46,956 bases of DNA from Bacteroidales bacterium. GTDB lineage: Bacteria; Bacteroidota; Bacteroidia; Bacteroidales; UBA932. Location: NCBI GenBank assembly GCA_024402005.1, contig JAKSJV010000001.1, forward strand, positions 1 to 46,956, given 5' to 3'. Below the pieces are notes generated by a model. The model was not told the DNA's origin. It ran no database searches and saw only the letters and a list, made by a program, of their open reading frames with translations. Both the position numbers and the translations under genes were made by a program. Below, piece by piece: positions 45,395 through 46,956 of the stretch (position 1 is the first letter of the stretch; each line of letters opens with the position of its first letter).

Positions 45395-46369
45395 ATGATA
45401 AAGGAATCAGCCATCGAGCAGACACTTGCCCGGATTTTTGACAACATCGAGTTCACGGCCGAGCCGAAAGGACTTTATGACCCCCTGCGCTATATGATAG
45501 GCATAGGCGGCAAGAGGATACGCCCGCGCCTGTGCCTTACTACCTACGGCCTTTATAAGGATGAGTTCGCCGACGGTATCCTTGACGCCGCGGCGGCTCT
45601 TGAAGTGTTCCATACCTTCACCCTCATTCACGATGACATTATGGACAAGGCGCCTATGCGTCGCGGCCAGGCTACGGTCTGGAAGAAATGGGAGGCCAAT
45701 ACGGCCATCCTCAGCGGCGACGTGATGGATATCGACAGCTATGCCCGCCTCGCAAAGGTGGCTCCGTCCGCCCTGCCCGCGGCTCTCGCACTGTTCAACG
45801 CCACGGCCGCCCAGGTGTGCGAAGGCCAGCAGTATGATATGGAATTCGAGTCCTGCCCTAAAGTGGAAATGGCCGATTATATGAAGATGATAGGCCTCAA
45901 GACAGGCGTTCTGATTGCCTGTGCGGCCAAAATGGGCGCCATAGTGGCAGGAGCGCCGCAGAAGGATGCCGACCTGCTCTACAAATACGGTTACGATCTC
46001 GGTCTGGCGTTCCAGATTGCCGACGACTACCTCGACACTTTCGGAGACGCGAAGACTTTCGGCAAGGCGATAGGCGGGGACATACTCAATGACAAGAAGA
46101 CCTGGCTGCTGACAAAGGCGATGGAGAAGGATGCCGATGCCGTCGGCAGGGCAATGGCTCTTCCTTCAGGTACTCCTGAGCGGGATAAGGCGAAAATAGA
46201 TGCCGTGACGACCGTTTATCGTGACCTCGGCATTGACGAGGATGCCAAATACGAGATACTGAAATATACGCAGAAGGCGATGGAGCACGCCGGGGCCATA
46301 GGTCTGACACGTGTGGAGACCGAAATTCTGGCCCGCTATGCTGACAAACTTGTGGGTAGGACGAAATAA
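45395..46369 (+). CDS. Polyprenyl synthetase (FPP/GGPP synthase family)
   Basis: GGKRIRP, LIHDDIMD..RRG, GQQYD, KT, FQIADDYLD; ORF open from 45371. Confidence 0.93.
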   Translation: MIKESAIEQTLARIFDNIEFTAEPKGLYDPLRYMIGIGGKRIRPRLCLTTYGLYKDEFADGILDAAAALEVFHTFTLIHDDIMDKAPMRRGQATVWKKWEANTAILSGDVMDIDSYARLAKVAPSALPAALALFNATAAQVCEGQQYDMEFESCPKVEMADYMKMIGLKTGVLIACAAKMGAIVAGAPQKDADLLYKYGYDLGLAFQIADDYLDTFGDAKTFGKAIGGDILNDKKTWLLTKAMEKDADAVGRAMALPSGTPERDKAKIDAVTTVYRDLGIDEDAKYEILKYTQKAMEHAGAIGLTRVETEILARYADKLVGRTK

Positions 46370-46390
46370 ACGGACATCCAGGGCTGAATT

Positions 46391-46956
46391 ATGACAATGA
46401 CGGAAAAATTGGAAATAATGGCCCCTGCGGGCAACTTCGAATGTCTTACTGCGGCGATTCAGGCGGGCGCGGACAGCGTGTATTTCGGGGTGGAGAAGCT
46501 CAATATGCGCAGTCATTCGGCCAATAATTTCACGATGGCCGATCTGAACGAAGTGTGCCGTCAGTGCCGGAAAGCCGGGGTGAAAAGCTACCTCACGCTG
46601 AACATAGCCCTGTATCAGGAAGACCTTCAGGCGATGCGGGATACCCTCGATGCGGCGAAGGCGGCGGGGATTTCGGCGGTCATCGCTTCCGATATGGCGG
46701 CGATAATGTATTGCCGTTCCATAGACTTGGAAGTCCATATTTCCACGCAGCTGAGCATTTCCAACGTCGAGGCCCTGCGCTTCTATGCCCAATGGGCTGA
46801 CGTAATTGTGCTGGCCAGGGAGCTTAATCTGGGTCAGGTGAAGGATATCCACGAGACCATAGTCCGCGAGAATATCTGCGGCCCGTCCGGCAATCAGGTG
46901 CGTATAGAAATGTTTGCGCACGGCGCCCTGTGTATGGCGATTTCCGGCAAATGCTA
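46391..46956 (+). CDS. U32 family protein (tRNA/rRNA hydroxylation type), partial
   Basis: Manual translation: EIMAPAG, GADSVYFG, HISTQ, VLAREL, EMFAHGALCMAISGKC; runs off the right edge. Confidence 0.9.
   Translation, partial: MTMTEKLEIMAPAGNFECLTAAIQAGADSVYFGVEKLNMRSHSANNFTMADLNEVCRQCRKAGVKSYLTLNIALYQEDLQAMRDTLDAAKAAGISAVIASDMAAIMYCRSIDLEVHISTQLSISNVEALRFYAQWADVIVLARELNLGQVKDIHETIVRENICGPSGNQVRIEMFAHGALCMAISGKC

Overview
Chromosomal window from a Bacteroidota (probably Bacteroidales) genome, inferred from recurrent TAnnTTTG promoter boxes and gene content. The left ~21 kb is a defence island. It holds an AbiEi/AbiEii type IV TA pair and an extended type III restriction-modification operon (SNF2-like helicase, DUF4391, Mod, Res) with three cargo genes wedged between the core genes: a secreted protein, a DUF4365-like nuclease and a TM-pentapeptide-TIR-like protein. 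These are followed by NERD, NDT-like, GIY-YIG/EVE-like, WYL, a DUF4160/DUF2442 TA pair and a membrane-anchored GIY-YIG gene. The right ~26 kb is mostly housekeeping: LMW phosphatase, dtd, tRNA-Met, tRNA-Gln, ispF, mutL, rhomboid, tsaC, rsmE, radA, rdgB, S41 protease, recO, galE, GH92, GH127, EamA, GTPase-less FeoB, queH, MATE, a RelBE-like TA, rsgA, polyprenyl synthetase and a U32 protein. The most striking observations are three. (1) A structured palindromic element occurs twice, 28 kb apart, with compensatory base changes; one copy is intergenic in the island and the other lies within an in-frame insertion of about 72 codons in rsgA. (2) A TM-pentapeptide-TIR-like gene sits between mod and res. 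(3) A perfect 38-bp palindrome lies in the Mod target-recognition region. No CRISPR array, rRNA, integrase or transposase was seen. All family assignments are from motif recognition by eye, not database searches.
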